A stretch of 32,000 nucleotides of DNA, taken from assembly GCA_963662695.2 (NCBI GenBank), contig CAXXDC010000001.1, positions 93,206 through 125,205 of the forward strand, given 5' to 3'. The notes under the pieces are model-generated. The model was not told the origin of the DNA, made no database searches, and was given only the letters and a program-made list of their open reading frames with translations. The stretch comes from Clostridia bacterium. Its GTDB lineage: Bacteria > Bacillota > Clostridia > SK-Y3. A program made the position numbers and the translations under genes. Shown piece after piece: positions 1 through 8,750 of the stretch. Position 1 is the stretch's first letter. Every line of letters starts with the position of its first letter.

Positions 1-1052
1 TTATTGTAGAAGGATATATGGATGTTATATCTCTTCAGCAAAATGGAATAATAAATACCATAGCATCATTAGGAACAGCGCTTACAAGAGAACAAGCAAA
101 CATTATAAAAAAGTATTGTTCTGAAGTAATTATTGCTTATGATTCCGATGCAGCAGGACAAGCGGCAACGTTAAGAGGAATGGATATACTTGCTGATACT
201 GGATGCAAGGTTAAGATTTTAACGCTAAATGAGGGTAAAGATCCAGATGAATATATAAGAGTGAATGGCGTTGTGAGGTTTAATGAGGCACTTTATTCTT
301 CAAAAAGCCTTATTGAATATAGAATTGATTTATTAAAGGAAAAATATGATATTACTAATATTGAACAGAAAATCGATTTTGTAAATGAAATGGCTGATAT
401 TTTTGCCAAAGTTGATAATGCAGTTGAAAGAGATGTTTATGTAAAAAAAGTTGCTGATAGCACAGGGATAGCAAATGAAGCTATTTTTTCTGAGATTAGA
501 AAAAGGGTATACAAAGACAGCAGAAAAAACAGTCGGCAGGATAGATTTATAAATAGAAATCCAAATACCAAAAAAAATGAAGTAAAACTGAGTCAGAAAA
601 GAAATACTATAGATGATACAAGGTATGTCATTAATAAACACAGTAAGTTATTAATGAATTCAGGATCTTTATTGCTAGATTCTGAAAGAGAGCTAATTAA
701 TTTATTATGTTTTGATAAATCAGTATATAGTAAAGTAAAAGAATTAATTAAACCTGAGGATTTTACGAATCAAACACATAAAAAAATGATAAAACTAATA
801 TATTCTCTAAGAGAAAATGAAAAACAGATAGATCCAGCAGAAATAGTTTTAAATTTTGAACAAGATGAAGTAGAAAGTGTTGCATCAATACTCCATATGG
901 AGTCAAATTATGAACAAAATAATAAAGCTGCGCTGCAGCTTATAAATACAATAAAGCAAAAAAATATACTGCAAGATATGCAAGAAAGATTGAAAGAAGG
1001 GAATGTTGAAAAATTAAACACAATATTGATGGAATACAAGAAGAAAAAATAG
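1..1052 (+). CDS. dnaG: DNA primase DnaG, 5'-partial (Toprim plus C-terminal helicase-interaction region)
   Basis: The reading frame is open to the left edge (codon phase starts at nt 3): IVEGYMDVISL then AYDSDAAGQAAT, the Toprim EGYMD and DxD motifs. It is followed 25 nt later by sigA, the conserved dnaG-sigA operon arrangement. Confidence 0.93.
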   Translation, partial: IVEGYMDVISLQQNGIINTIASLGTALTREQANIIKKYCSEVIIAYDSDAAGQAATLRGMDILADTGCKVKILTLNEGKDPDEYIRVNGVVRFNEALYSSKSLIEYRIDLLKEKYDITNIEQKIDFVNEMADIFAKVDNAVERDVYVKKVADSTGIANEAIFSEIRKRVYKDSRKNSRQDRFINRNPNTKKNEVKLSQKRNTIDDTRYVINKHSKLLMNSGSLLLDSERELINLLCFDKSVYSKVKELIKPEDFTNQTHKKMIKLIYSLRENEKQIDPAEIVLNFEQDEVESVASILHMESNYEQNNKAALQLINTIKQKNILQDMQERLKEGNVEKLNTILMEYKKKK

Positions 1053-1077
1053 ATGACAGAAAGGAGGGGCAGTACGA

Positions 1078-2163
1078 ATGAAACAACAGGAAGTTGATAA
1101 GAAACAAATTATTAAAGATTTAGTTGCTAGAGGAAAAAAGAAAGGAATTTTAACATATAAAGAAATAATGGATACACTTGAAGAAATAGAAATGGAACCG
1201 GAACAAATAGAAAAAGTGTATGAATCCATCGAAAAAATTGGGATAGAAGTTGTTGGTAACATAGAAAAAGAGCTGGAAGAAATACAGAAAGAAGAAGAAG
1301 AAGAAGAGATTGATATTTCAGTACCAGAAGGTATTAGTGTAGATGATCCAGTGCGAATGTATTTAAAAGAGATTGGTAAAGTTCCTCTTTTGACACCTCA
1401 AGAAGAGGTAGATTTGGCAAAAAAAATGGAGGCAGGAGATAACATTGCAAAGAAACGATTAGCTGAAGCGAATTTACGATTAGTGGTTAGTATTGCTAAG
1501 CGATATGTTGGAAGAGGCATGCTGTTCCTTGACTTAATTCAGGAAGGTAATTTAGGACTTATAAAAGCAGTAGAAAAATTTGATTATACAAAAGGATATA
1601 AGTTCAGTACTTATGCTACATGGTGGATTCGTCAGGCAATTACGAGAGCGATTGCTGATCAAGCGCGAACAATTAGGATTCCAGTGCATATGGTAGAGAC
1701 AATTAATAAATTGATTAGGGTTTCTAGACATTTATTGCAAGAGCTAGGTAGAGAGCCTCAGCCAGAAGAAATAGCTAAAGAAATGAGTTTGCCAGTTGAA
1801 AAAGTTAGAGAAATAATGAAAATTGCTCAAGAACCTGTTTCGTTGGAAACACCTATTGGTGAAGAAGAAGATAGTCATTTAGGGGACTTTATTCCTGATG
1901 ATGATGCACCTGCTCCTGCTGAAGCGGCTTCATTTACACTTTTAAAAGAGCAATTAATTGATGTGCTTGATACACTTACACCAAGGGAGGAAAAGGTGTT
2001 AAGACTTCGTTTTGGATTAGATGATGGAAGAGCACGAACACTAGAAGAGGTTGGTAGAGAATTTAATGTTACGAGAGAGAGAATCAGACAGATAGAAGCA
2101 AAAGCACTCAGAAAACTAAGACATCCAAGTAGAAGTAAAAAATTAAAAGATTATCTTGATTAA
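1078..2163 (+). CDS. sigA: Primary RNA polymerase sigma factor (sigma-70/SigA)
   Basis: 361 aa. Region 2 motif is [30 protein letters not shown] and region 4.2 is [29 protein letters not shown]. An AGGAGGGG RBS lies about 8 nt upstream of the ATG. Confidence 0.97.
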   Translation: MKQQEVDKKQIIKDLVARGKKKGILTYKEIMDTLEEIEMEPEQIEKVYESIEKIGIEVVGNIEKELEEIQKEEEEEEIDISVPEGISVDDPVRMYLKEIGKVPLLTPQEEVDLAKKMEAGDNIAKKRLAEANLRLVVSIAKRYVGRGMLFLDLIQEGNLGLIKAVEKFDYTKGYKFSTYATWWIRQAITRAIADQARTIRIPVHMVETINKLIRVSRHLLQELGREPQPEEIAKEMSLPVEKVREIMKIAQEPVSLETPIGEEEDSHLGDFIPDDDAPAPAEAASFTLLKEQLIDVLDTLTPREEKVLRLRFGLDDGRARTLEEVGREFNVTRERIRQIEAKALRKLRHPSRSKKLKDYLD

Positions 2164-2164
2164 G

Positions 2165-2197
2165 AAGCTCGATTGACGATAAGGTCAATCGAGCTTT
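2165..2197 (+). terminator. Hairpin terminator after sigA
   Basis: A 13-bp perfect stem, aagctcgattgac (2165-2177) with gtcaatcgagctt (2184-2196), a 6-nt loop and a short T run. It starts 2 nt after the sigA stop. Confidence 0.65.
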
Positions 2198-2228
2198 ATG
2201 GCTAGTACAACGCAATTAAAAAAATCTA

Positions 2229-2257
2229 TTGAAAACCCAACAAAAACAGTATATAAT
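2229..2257 (+). promoter_or_regulatory. SigA-type promoter for the tRNA gene
   Basis: TTGAAA (2229-2234), a 17-nt spacer, then TATAAT (2252-2257), about 30 nt upstream of the tRNA 5' end. Confidence 0.5.
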
Positions 2258-2287
2258 ATGCATACGGTAATTAATAGCCTTTTATTG

Positions 2288-2364
2288 GGGCCTTTAGCTC
2301 AGTTGGTTAGAGCAACCGGCTCATAACCGGTTGGTCCGGGGTTCGAATCCCTGAAGGCCCACCA
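2288..2364 (+). tRNA. tRNA with CAU anticodon (elongator Met or lysidine-dependent Ile2), encoded CCA
   Basis: Hand-folded cloverleaf: acceptor GGGCCTT/AAGGCCC, D arm GCTC-AGTTGGTTA-GAGC, anticodon arm ACCGG-CTCATAA-CCGGT, T arm CGGGG-TTCGAAT-CCCTG, discriminator A plus CCA. It is not an initiator, because it has a paired 1:72 and no GGG/CCC anticodon stem. Met versus Ile2 cannot be decided by eye. Confidence 0.9.
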
Positions 2365-2479
2365 TTTTTAGTGTGCATTCTGGATGGTTTTAAACTTACG
2401 ATTATTATGTGAAGTTTAATGACTGTCCATTATTTATGTTGAAATGGTATATAAATATAAATATAATGGAGATATTAGA

Positions 2480-3184
2480 ATGAATAATAATAAGGTAAAG
2501 CTTTCACCACGATTACAACTAATTGCAAATAAAGTGTTAATAGGATCTTCTATAGCCGATATTGGGACAGATCATGCCTATATTCCAATTTATTTGATAC
2601 AAAATGGTATTGCGGTGTATGCAATTGCTTCAGACGTTAGACAAGGACCTGTTGACAAGGCGAATGAAAATGCTAAGAAATATCAACTTAAGCATAAAGT
2701 AGATGTGAGATTAGGGTATGGCTTGGAAATGATATTAAAAGATGAGGTTGATACAGTCATCATTGCAGGGATGGGCGGTACTCTTATATCTGAAATTTTG
2801 ACTACAGCAGCGTCAATACTTATGCATATTAAGAGATTAATTCTACAGCCTATGACAGGACAGGATGAGGTAAGAGAATGGCTTGCAGAAAATAGATTTA
2901 TAATTATTGATGAAGAACTCGTTTTAGAAGGAGAAAAAATATATAATGTCATTGTTGCAGAACATGGAGAAGAGAGAATTGAAAAAGAAGTATTCTATCA
3001 TATAGGTAAAAAATTAATAGATCAAAATGATCCACTACTTAAACCATTAATAGGTAAGAAAATCAAAGAAATGAAAAATATTATACGTCAACTTGAAGAT
3101 AAAGATAGTGACAATGCATATAACAGATTAGTAGCGTGTAAAGAACGATTATCAGAATTTAAAGAATTAGATAAATTAATTTAA
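2480..3184 (+). CDS. trmK: tRNA (adenine22-N1)-methyltransferase TrmK (YqfN family)
   Basis: LSPRLQLIANKV...IADIGTDHAYIPIYL...IIAGMGG...LILQP matches the B. subtilis YqfN/TrmK pattern. It sits at the same position (after sigA, before yqfO) as in Bacillus. I moved the start to ATG 2480 (GGAG 2468-2471, 8-nt spacing), since the track start at 2444 has no RBS. Confidence 0.85.
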   Translation: MNNNKVKLSPRLQLIANKVLIGSSIADIGTDHAYIPIYLIQNGIAVYAIASDVRQGPVDKANENAKKYQLKHKVDVRLGYGLEMILKDEVDTVIIAGMGGTLISEILTTAASILMHIKRLILQPMTGQDEVREWLAENRFIIIDEELVLEGEKIYNVIVAEHGEERIEKEVFYHIGKKLIDQNDPLLKPLIGKKIKEMKNIIRQLEDKDSDNAYNRLVACKERLSEFKELDKLI

Positions 3185-3205
3185 AAATAAGGAGTGTGAT
3201 AGACG

Positions 3206-4312
3206 ATGATAAAATGTAGTGCAATTACAAATATCTTAGAAGAACTTGCACCTTTAAAACTCGCAGAGTCATGGGATAATGTAGGTTTATTACTTGGAGA
3301 TAGCACACAGGATATTCATAATATTATGATCACATTAGATATTACTCCACATGTAGTTCAAGAAGCCATTAAAACGAAAACCGATTTAATCATTGCACAT
3401 CATCCTATAATATTTAAGCCTGTAAATAGGGTAGTAGAAGATAAAAGTATTGGTACGTTGATACGTAAATTAATAAAAAATGATATATGTGTGTATGCAT
3501 CCCATACAAATTTAGACATTGCATGGGGTGGATTAAATGATATACTTGTATCTAAGATAGGATTAGAGAAAATCGGTGTACTGGATGTACTTCATACAAA
3601 AAAACTAAAAAAAGTTGTAGTTTTTATTCCAAAGGGTTATGAAAATAAGGTAAGAGACGCAATGACAAAAGCAGGTGCTGGCTGGATAGGTAATTACAGT
3701 GACTGTACATACATGACTGAAGGAATTGGTACTTTTAAGCCTAGAGAAGGCACACATCCCTTTTTGGGGAGTAAAGGCATTCTTGAGAAGGCTCAAGAAT
3801 ATCGTCTAGAAACCATTGTCCCAGAAGATAAAGTACGTGATGTTGTGGAAGCGATGATAGCTAGTCATCCATACGAAGAAGTAGCATATGATATAGTTCC
3901 ACTCGAAGTTAAGGGTGAAGTATTAGGATTAGGAAGAATAGGAATGCTTAAAAATAAAGTAGCATTTTTAGATTTTATTAACAAGGTGAAGGCAGTATTG
4001 GGTATCCAGCATGTGAGATATGTAGGAGATGAAAACAATACAATTTCAAAAGTTGCAATATCTACAGGGAGCGGTGGTACGTTAATTTCAAATTGTATCC
4101 AACAAAATGTTGATACGTTTATTACTGGGGAGCTCAAATATCATGAAGCTCAGTTTGCACAAGAAGCAGGATTAAATGTGATTATTGCAGGACATTTTGA
4201 GACAGAAAAAATTATTGTAGAGTTATTAACAGACTACCTCAATAAAAATTTTGATAATCGTTTAAATGTCTATCCCTCAAAAGAAAATAAAGGGTTTGTA
4301 AAGATTATTTAG
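3206..4312 (+). CDS. Nif3-family dinuclear metal-centre protein (YqfO / GTP cyclohydrolase 1 type 2 homologue) with inserted PII-like domain
   Basis: N-terminus is AESWDNVGLLLGD and HHPIIFKP, C-terminus is FITGELKYHEAQ...IIAGHFETE. The length (368 aa) fits the long YqfO-type form. It is the conserved partner gene of trmK. Confidence 0.88.
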   Translation: MIKCSAITNILEELAPLKLAESWDNVGLLLGDSTQDIHNIMITLDITPHVVQEAIKTKTDLIIAHHPIIFKPVNRVVEDKSIGTLIRKLIKNDICVYASHTNLDIAWGGLNDILVSKIGLEKIGVLDVLHTKKLKKVVVFIPKGYENKVRDAMTKAGAGWIGNYSDCTYMTEGIGTFKPREGTHPFLGSKGILEKAQEYRLETIVPEDKVRDVVEAMIASHPYEEVAYDIVPLEVKGEVLGLGRIGMLKNKVAFLDFINKVKAVLGIQHVRYVGDENNTISKVAISTGSGGTLISNCIQQNVDTFITGELKYHEAQFAQEAGLNVIIAGHFETEKIIVELLTDYLNKNFDNRLNVYPSKENKGFVKII

Positions 4313-4339
4313 TACTCAAAAACTAGTTTTAATTACCAT

Positions 4340-4368
4340 TTGACAACGATAATTAAACATGTTATTAT
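4340..4368 (+). promoter_or_regulatory. SigA-type promoter upstream of rnpB
   Basis: TTGACA (4340-4345), a 17-nt spacer, then TATTAT (4363-4368), about 24 nt before the predicted mature 5' end of RNase P RNA. Confidence 0.4.
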
Positions 4369-4391
4369 AGTTGAGCATTGAAAAAGTGAAT

Positions 4392-4756
4392 AACGAGTAA
4401 GTCAGATGATCGCGGATGCAATGCCGAAAGGCAGCAGACGAGGAAAGTCCGAGCTCCATAGGGCAGGGTGCTGGGTAACTCCCAGTGGAGGCGACTCTAA
4501 GGAAAGTGCAACAGAGATATACCGCTAACTCAATGTACATATGTATATTGAGCAGCAAGGGTGGAAAGGCGAGGTAAGAGCTCACCAGCGGTTAGGCGAC
4601 TAATCGGCTATGTAAACCCCATCTGGAGCAACACCGTATAGAGGAGAGTTAAGCTAGCCCGGCGTTCTCCTGGGTAGGTGGCTTGAGCTATGCAGTAATG
4701 TATGGCCTAGATAGATGATCATTTGATACAGAACTCGGCTTATAGACTTGCTCGTT
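4392..4756 (+). ncRNA. rnpB: RNase P RNA, bacterial class A
   Basis: It carries the universal GAGGAAAGTCCG core followed by GCTCCATAGGGCAGGGTGCTGGGTAACTCCCAG. Further along are GTGCAACAGAGA, GGTAAGAGCTCACC, GGTAAACCCCATCTGGAGCAA, GGGTAGGTGGCTTGAGC, GGCCTAGATAGATGATC and ACAGAACTCGGCTTATAG. These are colinear with E. coli M1 RNA. P1 pairs aacgagtaagtc (4392-4403) with gacttgctcgtt (4745-4756). Ends are good to about 5 nt. Confidence 0.92.
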
Positions 4757-4768
4757 TAATTGGATACA

Positions 4769-4796
4769 AGCATCGACAAAATGTCGGTGCTTTATT
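4769..4796 (+). terminator. Hairpin terminator after rnpB
   Basis: A 10-bp stem, agcatcgaca (4769-4778) with tgtcggtgct (4782-4791, one G-U), a 3-nt loop, then TTATT. Confidence 0.6.
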
Positions 4797-4960
4797 GATT
4801 TACAAAAAATTAACAAATTAATAGTAAAAAAATCATACAAAATTAATATTATAACGTAATGTTATTTGTAAGTTGGTTTTATATACGCCAAGTTTATGGT
4901 ATGATAGATGGCAAGTAATAAATTGTAAATATTACATTGTTATGGGAGGTGAATTGTGAT

Positions 4961-6136
4961 ATGAATATTGGTATTTTTACCGATGCATATTATCCAAATG
5001 TAAGTGGTATGGTCACGTCAACAAGGATGTTAAGAGAAGAATTAATTAAGCTCGGGCATAACGTCACAATTATTACAGTGAAAGTTCCTAGTTTTGATGA
5101 AGTAATGCCGAATGTAATAAGAATTCCGAGTGTAATATTTCGTCCGCTGCCAGATCATAGAATTGGAAGTCTTTATTCACATGATGCGATGAAAAAGATA
5201 AAATCTCTAAACCTTGATATTATTCATACACAAACAGAATTCTCGATTGGTATCTTTGGACGGATTGTTGCAAAGACATTAGATATCCCAGTTGTTCATA
5301 CTTATCATACAATGTATGAAGATTATGTCCATTACATCACAAAAGGAATCATGAAAAAGTATGTTAAAAAGTTTGCGAAAAAATACAGCAATGTTTACTG
5401 CAAAACATGTGATGGTGTAATTGTACCTACAGATAAAACAAAAGTAGCATTAGAAAACTATGGATATGATAAAGAAGCACATGTTATTCCCACAGGCATT
5501 GATTTATCTAAGTTCGATAGGAGTCAATATAATAAAGAAGACATATTGCAATTAAAAAGAGAATTTGATATAGATGCAAATGACCCTATAATCTCCTATA
5601 TTGGAAGAATAGCGAAGGAAAAAAGTATTGATGTGATTATTAAGCAAATGCCTTATGTTTTAGATAAGATTCCGCAAGCGAAATTTTTGATTGTGGGCGA
5701 TGGACCGGAAAGAGAAGCGTTGGAACAGTTAGGAAGAGATATCGGCATTTCTAATGCTCTGCGATTTACTGGTCTTCAACCTTGGGATCAAATCGGAATA
5801 TTTTATCAGCTAGGAGATATTTTTGTAACTGCATCAGTAACGGAGACGCAAGGGTTAACACTTGTTGAAGCAATGGCATCCGAACTTTTAGTCGTGGCAA
5901 AATATGATACAAATCTAGATGGTTTTATTACAGATAAACAAAATGGACGTGTTTTTTATAACGATGATGAGTTAGCACCCTTATTAATAGAGTCTCTTAT
6001 AAATAAAAATGAATCGCAAAAGATTATTGATAATGCATATCACGATATTCAAAAAATGTCAGCTCGGTATTTTGGTGAAAGAATTGATGCCATTTATAAA
6101 GAAATTATTTTAAAGAAAAATGAAGTAGTAAGATGA
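4961..6136 (+). CDS. GT4-family glycosyltransferase, likely 1,2-diacylglycerol 3-glucosyltransferase type (glycolipid synthase)
   Basis: MNIGIFTDAYYPNVSGMVTS...LGHNVTIIT resembles the alMGS/CpoA-type N-terminus. The C-terminal GT-B motif is TASVTETQGLTLVEAMA (E-x7-E). The GGGAGGTG RBS is 9 nt before ATG 4961, and the track start at 4937 is a TTG without an RBS. Confidence 0.78.
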   Translation: MNIGIFTDAYYPNVSGMVTSTRMLREELIKLGHNVTIITVKVPSFDEVMPNVIRIPSVIFRPLPDHRIGSLYSHDAMKKIKSLNLDIIHTQTEFSIGIFGRIVAKTLDIPVVHTYHTMYEDYVHYITKGIMKKYVKKFAKKYSNVYCKTCDGVIVPTDKTKVALENYGYDKEAHVIPTGIDLSKFDRSQYNKEDILQLKREFDIDANDPIISYIGRIAKEKSIDVIIKQMPYVLDKIPQAKFLIVGDGPEREALEQLGRDIGISNALRFTGLQPWDQIGIFYQLGDIFVTASVTETQGLTLVEAMASELLVVAKYDTNLDGFITDKQNGRVFYNDDELAPLLIESLINKNESQKIIDNAYHDIQKMSARYFGERIDAIYKEIILKKNEVVR

Positions 6137-6345
6137 CACTTAACAGTTTTGTAATAATATTTAATAATTATGTAAAAACTTAAGTAAATGAAAGTATAAA
6201 CGAAATAAATTTATATAAACAAGCATAATTTGCCTATATCCGTTTAGACGTTACGTGTAATTTATGATAAACTATCTACAATTAGAAAAAATAGGAGATT
6301 ATTACCTTGCACACGAATGAAAAGGTACGGAGAGGATTGTTGTAG

Positions 6346-7338
6346 ATGTACATAAGAAAGTGGATGATTGTTGCTACAATTGGAATGGTAGCGATTGCGG
6401 GGAGTATTACATATACACCTTCTGTTTATGCACAGGCAAATAATTACACGCAAAGTGTATTAAAGCCAGGATTAGAAGGTGAGCAGGTTACGAAATTACA
6501 GCAACAATTAAAAAATCTAAAATATTTTAATGTAGATGCAACAGGTTATTATGGTTCCATTACAAAAGAAGCTGTAATGAGATTTCAGAAAGATATGGGT
6601 CTTATGGCTGACGGAATCGCTGGAGCAAAGACTTTAGAAGCCATTCAAAATACGAATACAGAAAATAATAAAATAAAAAGATTACAACTTCAACTAAAAA
6701 ATTTAGGATATTTTAATGCTGAAGCAACAGGCCATTTTGGAATGATTACAAAGCAAGCGGTAATAAATTTTCAAAGTGATCATGGTTTAGTTGCAGATGG
6801 TGTTGTAGGATCAAAGACAGAGGTAGCACTTCAAAGAGCAATACCAAAAGTGAGTAGAGGTTCTTCACAGAGTCTATTAATTCCATGGTTTAATGAAGCA
6901 GAGAATATTTTTAAAAATGGATCAATTGCTACTGTAACGGATATAAGCACAGGAATTTCTTTTCGTGTTAAAAGGATATGTGGATACAATCATGCTGATG
7001 TTGAGACACTCACTGCTGAGGATACAAGTATACTTTTAAAAATTTATGGAGGACAATGGAGTTGGGGCAGACGAGCTATCATTGTAAATGTTGATGGTAG
7101 AGAGTTGGCTGCATCAATGGCTGCAATGCCACATGCGGGTAGAGATGACGAGCCTTTTGCTAAAGTTGTAGATAATCGAAGTGGTGGATATGGTCGGGGA
7201 CAAAATTTAGATGGTATTAAAAATAATAATATGTCTGGTGTTATTGATATACATTTTTATAAAAGTAAAACCCATGGCACGAACAGTATAGACGATAAAC
7301 ATCAACAAATGGTATTAAAGGCTGCAAGAAGTCGATAG
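6346..7338 (+). CDS. Secreted protein with two tandem PG_binding_1 (peptidoglycan-binding) repeats and an uncharacterised C-terminal domain
   Basis: The signal peptide is MYIRKWMIVATIGMVAIAGSITYTPSVYAQA. There are two ~60-aa repeats of form L..LKNL.YFN..ATG.(Y/F)G.ITK.AV..FQ.D.GL.ADG..G.KT. The RBS GGAGAGGA is 9 nt upstream. Confidence 0.75.
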   Translation: MYIRKWMIVATIGMVAIAGSITYTPSVYAQANNYTQSVLKPGLEGEQVTKLQQQLKNLKYFNVDATGYYGSITKEAVMRFQKDMGLMADGIAGAKTLEAIQNTNTENNKIKRLQLQLKNLGYFNAEATGHFGMITKQAVINFQSDHGLVADGVVGSKTEVALQRAIPKVSRGSSQSLLIPWFNEAENIFKNGSIATVTDISTGISFRVKRICGYNHADVETLTAEDTSILLKIYGGQWSWGRRAIIVNVDGRELAASMAAMPHAGRDDEPFAKVVDNRSGGYGRGQNLDGIKNNNMSGVIDIHFYKSKTHGTNSIDDKHQQMVLKAARSR

Positions 7339-7345
7339 AAATAAT

Positions 7346-7375
7346 AAAAGTAGTCGTAAAATTACGACTACTTTT
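7346..7375. terminator. Bidirectional rho-independent terminator (shared by 6346-7338 and the SASP gene)
   Basis: A 13-bp perfect stem, aaaagtagtcgta (7346-7358) with tacgactactttt (7363-7375). The A-run and T-run arms give a U tract on both strands. Confidence 0.8.
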
Positions 7376-7383
7376 ATTTAATA

Positions 7384-7575
7384 TTATTTCATTCCATTTT
7401 CAACCTGCTGAATCATTTTTTTAACCATTTCGCCACCGACTGAACCAGCTTCTTTTGAAGTCAGGTTACCATTATAACCCTGAGTCAAGTTTACACCTAA
7501 TTCATTAGCAACTTCCATCTTGTACTTGTCTAAAGCAGCACGCGCTTCAGGAACTAATTTATTGTTTCTAGCCAT
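7384..7575 (-). CDS. Small acid-soluble spore protein, alpha/beta type
   Basis: MARNNKLVPEARAALDKYKMEVANELGV...GNLTSKEAGSVGGEMVKKMI carries both conserved SASP alpha/beta blocks. The start is set at ATG 7575 with a GGAGGTGA RBS (7581-7588), so the track start at 7599 is too long. Confidence 0.9.
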   Translation of the reverse strand: MARNNKLVPEARAALDKYKMEVANELGVNLTQGYNGNLTSKEAGSVGGEMVKKMIQQVENGMK

Positions 7576-7669
7576 GATTATCACCTCCATTAATATCATT
7601 TCCAGTTGATTAGAACAATATTAATGTATATAATGGCATTGAATGAAGATATATGGTTTTCATGTAAAA

Positions 7670-8542
7670 TTAATTTGAATTAAATAATTTTGCAAAGAAT
7701 CCTCTAGTATCTTTATTTACAATATTTTCTTTTTGTATTGTTTTTTTTGTTTTTTTATTCTGCTCAGCAATTATATATTTCTGTTCTCTAGCCATATCTT
7801 TAATCATTTTTTTAGAATTTTTATTGGTAAAAACTTTTGCAAACCATAAGAGGGCAGTTTTATTGTTGCCCAACCTTCTATATAATTCACCAATGAGGTA
7901 TACAAGTGTTGATTCATCCATACCTGCAATAGGAAAAAGTTCTTTTTCGTATGCAGATTCAAAACCTTCTAAAGATTCTCTTAACAATTGTTCTTCATTA
8001 TTAACATCTTCATTTATACGATATAACCATGCGATTTTTAAACAAATTAGTGCCTTTTCGCTGTCTTTTCCATTTTTAGCAATTGTGCTTAAAAGTGCAA
8101 GTTTATATCTTTCGATAGCAGTGTTAATATTAAACTCACGAGGATATCTTTTTGGTTTCCAATTTGCACTGATGATTTCTTTAATTGCTTTAGACTGCTT
8201 GTAAGTAATCGTTTTAAATTGCGATGAAAGAGCAGCATATCCACATTCAATACAAACCCATGCATCATATAATAAAGGACTGGGATGATCGTAATTAATC
8301 ATTAAGTCCGTATCCCGTGATAATGTCCTTATATATGAGGATTTTACAGCTCGTACTGTTATTTTGGAAGCACAAACAGGACATGTTAGCTTTCTATCAT
8401 ATAGCCTTTCTTCTTTCATATGTAAAGCAGATTCTTTTGTATCTTTTTTATCATTTTGGTTGTAAATTGTAACTTGATCTAGATTATCAAAGCCTAAGTC
8501 TTTTAGATCATCAAATAGACTCTGATTCATTTTTTCTCTCAA
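7670..8542 (-). CDS. DUF2225-family protein (Cys4 zinc-ribbon plus TPR-like helical C-terminal domain), function unknown
   Basis: CPVCASK...(41 aa)...CIECGYAALS is the zinc-ribbon pair typical of DUF2225. The C-terminal half is helical-repeat-like. The start is ambiguous between TTG 8542 (GGGGG 8 nt upstream) and ATG 8530. Confidence 0.7.
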   Translation of the reverse strand: MREKMNQSLFDDLKDLGFDNLDQVTIYNQNDKKDTKESALHMKEERLYDRKLTCPVCASKITVRAVKSSYIRTLSRDTDLMINYDHPSPLLYDAWVCIECGYAALSSQFKTITYKQSKAIKEIISANWKPKRYPREFNINTAIERYKLALLSTIAKNGKDSEKALICLKIAWLYRINEDVNNEEQLLRESLEGFESAYEKELFPIAGMDESTLVYLIGELYRRLGNNKTALLWFAKVFTNKNSKKMIKDMAREQKYIIAEQNKKTKKTIQKENIVNKDTRGFFAKLFNSN

Positions 8543-8750
8543 ATCAATTGCCCCCTTGCGACATTTGTAATACTATTATAACAAAAAAACACAAAGGTCA
8601 AAAGTCTCATTTTTTATTTTCTGCTATTTATTTAGTTTTTGCTGGTAATTATCAGTATCATTCAGTATAATAAGAGATGGTTGTATGACTAATGATTTGT
8701 AAGAACAGGAATAATAAAAATGATACATTTATTTGTAAGGAGTTGAGTTT

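Noticed and set aside
2439-2467. An apparently perfect promoter TTGAAA-17-TATAAT just before trmK.
   Set aside because: Its -10 abuts the trmK RBS (GGAG 2468-2471), so a transcript from it would begin after the RBS and be nearly leaderless. It is more likely a chance match in an (A+T)-repeat stretch, with trmK read from the tRNA promoter.
4316-4585. An 89-aa minus-strand ORF in the yqfO-GT4 gap.
   Set aside because: It overlaps the RNase P RNA gene, and the region is explained by rnpB on the plus strand.
6307-6345. Tiny upstream ORFs before the PG-binding gene. One is a TTG 6307 12-codon ORF with an AGGAGA 8 nt upstream, and another is an ATG 6317 12-codon ORF overlapping the main start.
   Set aside because: They are too short to evaluate, have no conservation information, and could arise by chance. 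No leader-peptide attenuator structure was evident.
7576-7669. I searched upstream of the SASP gene for a forespore sigma-G promoter (GNATR-17/18-CATNNTA).
   Set aside because: A CATTATA -10-like heptamer exists on the minus strand, but no acceptable -35 lies at 17-18 bp. I could not support a promoter call.
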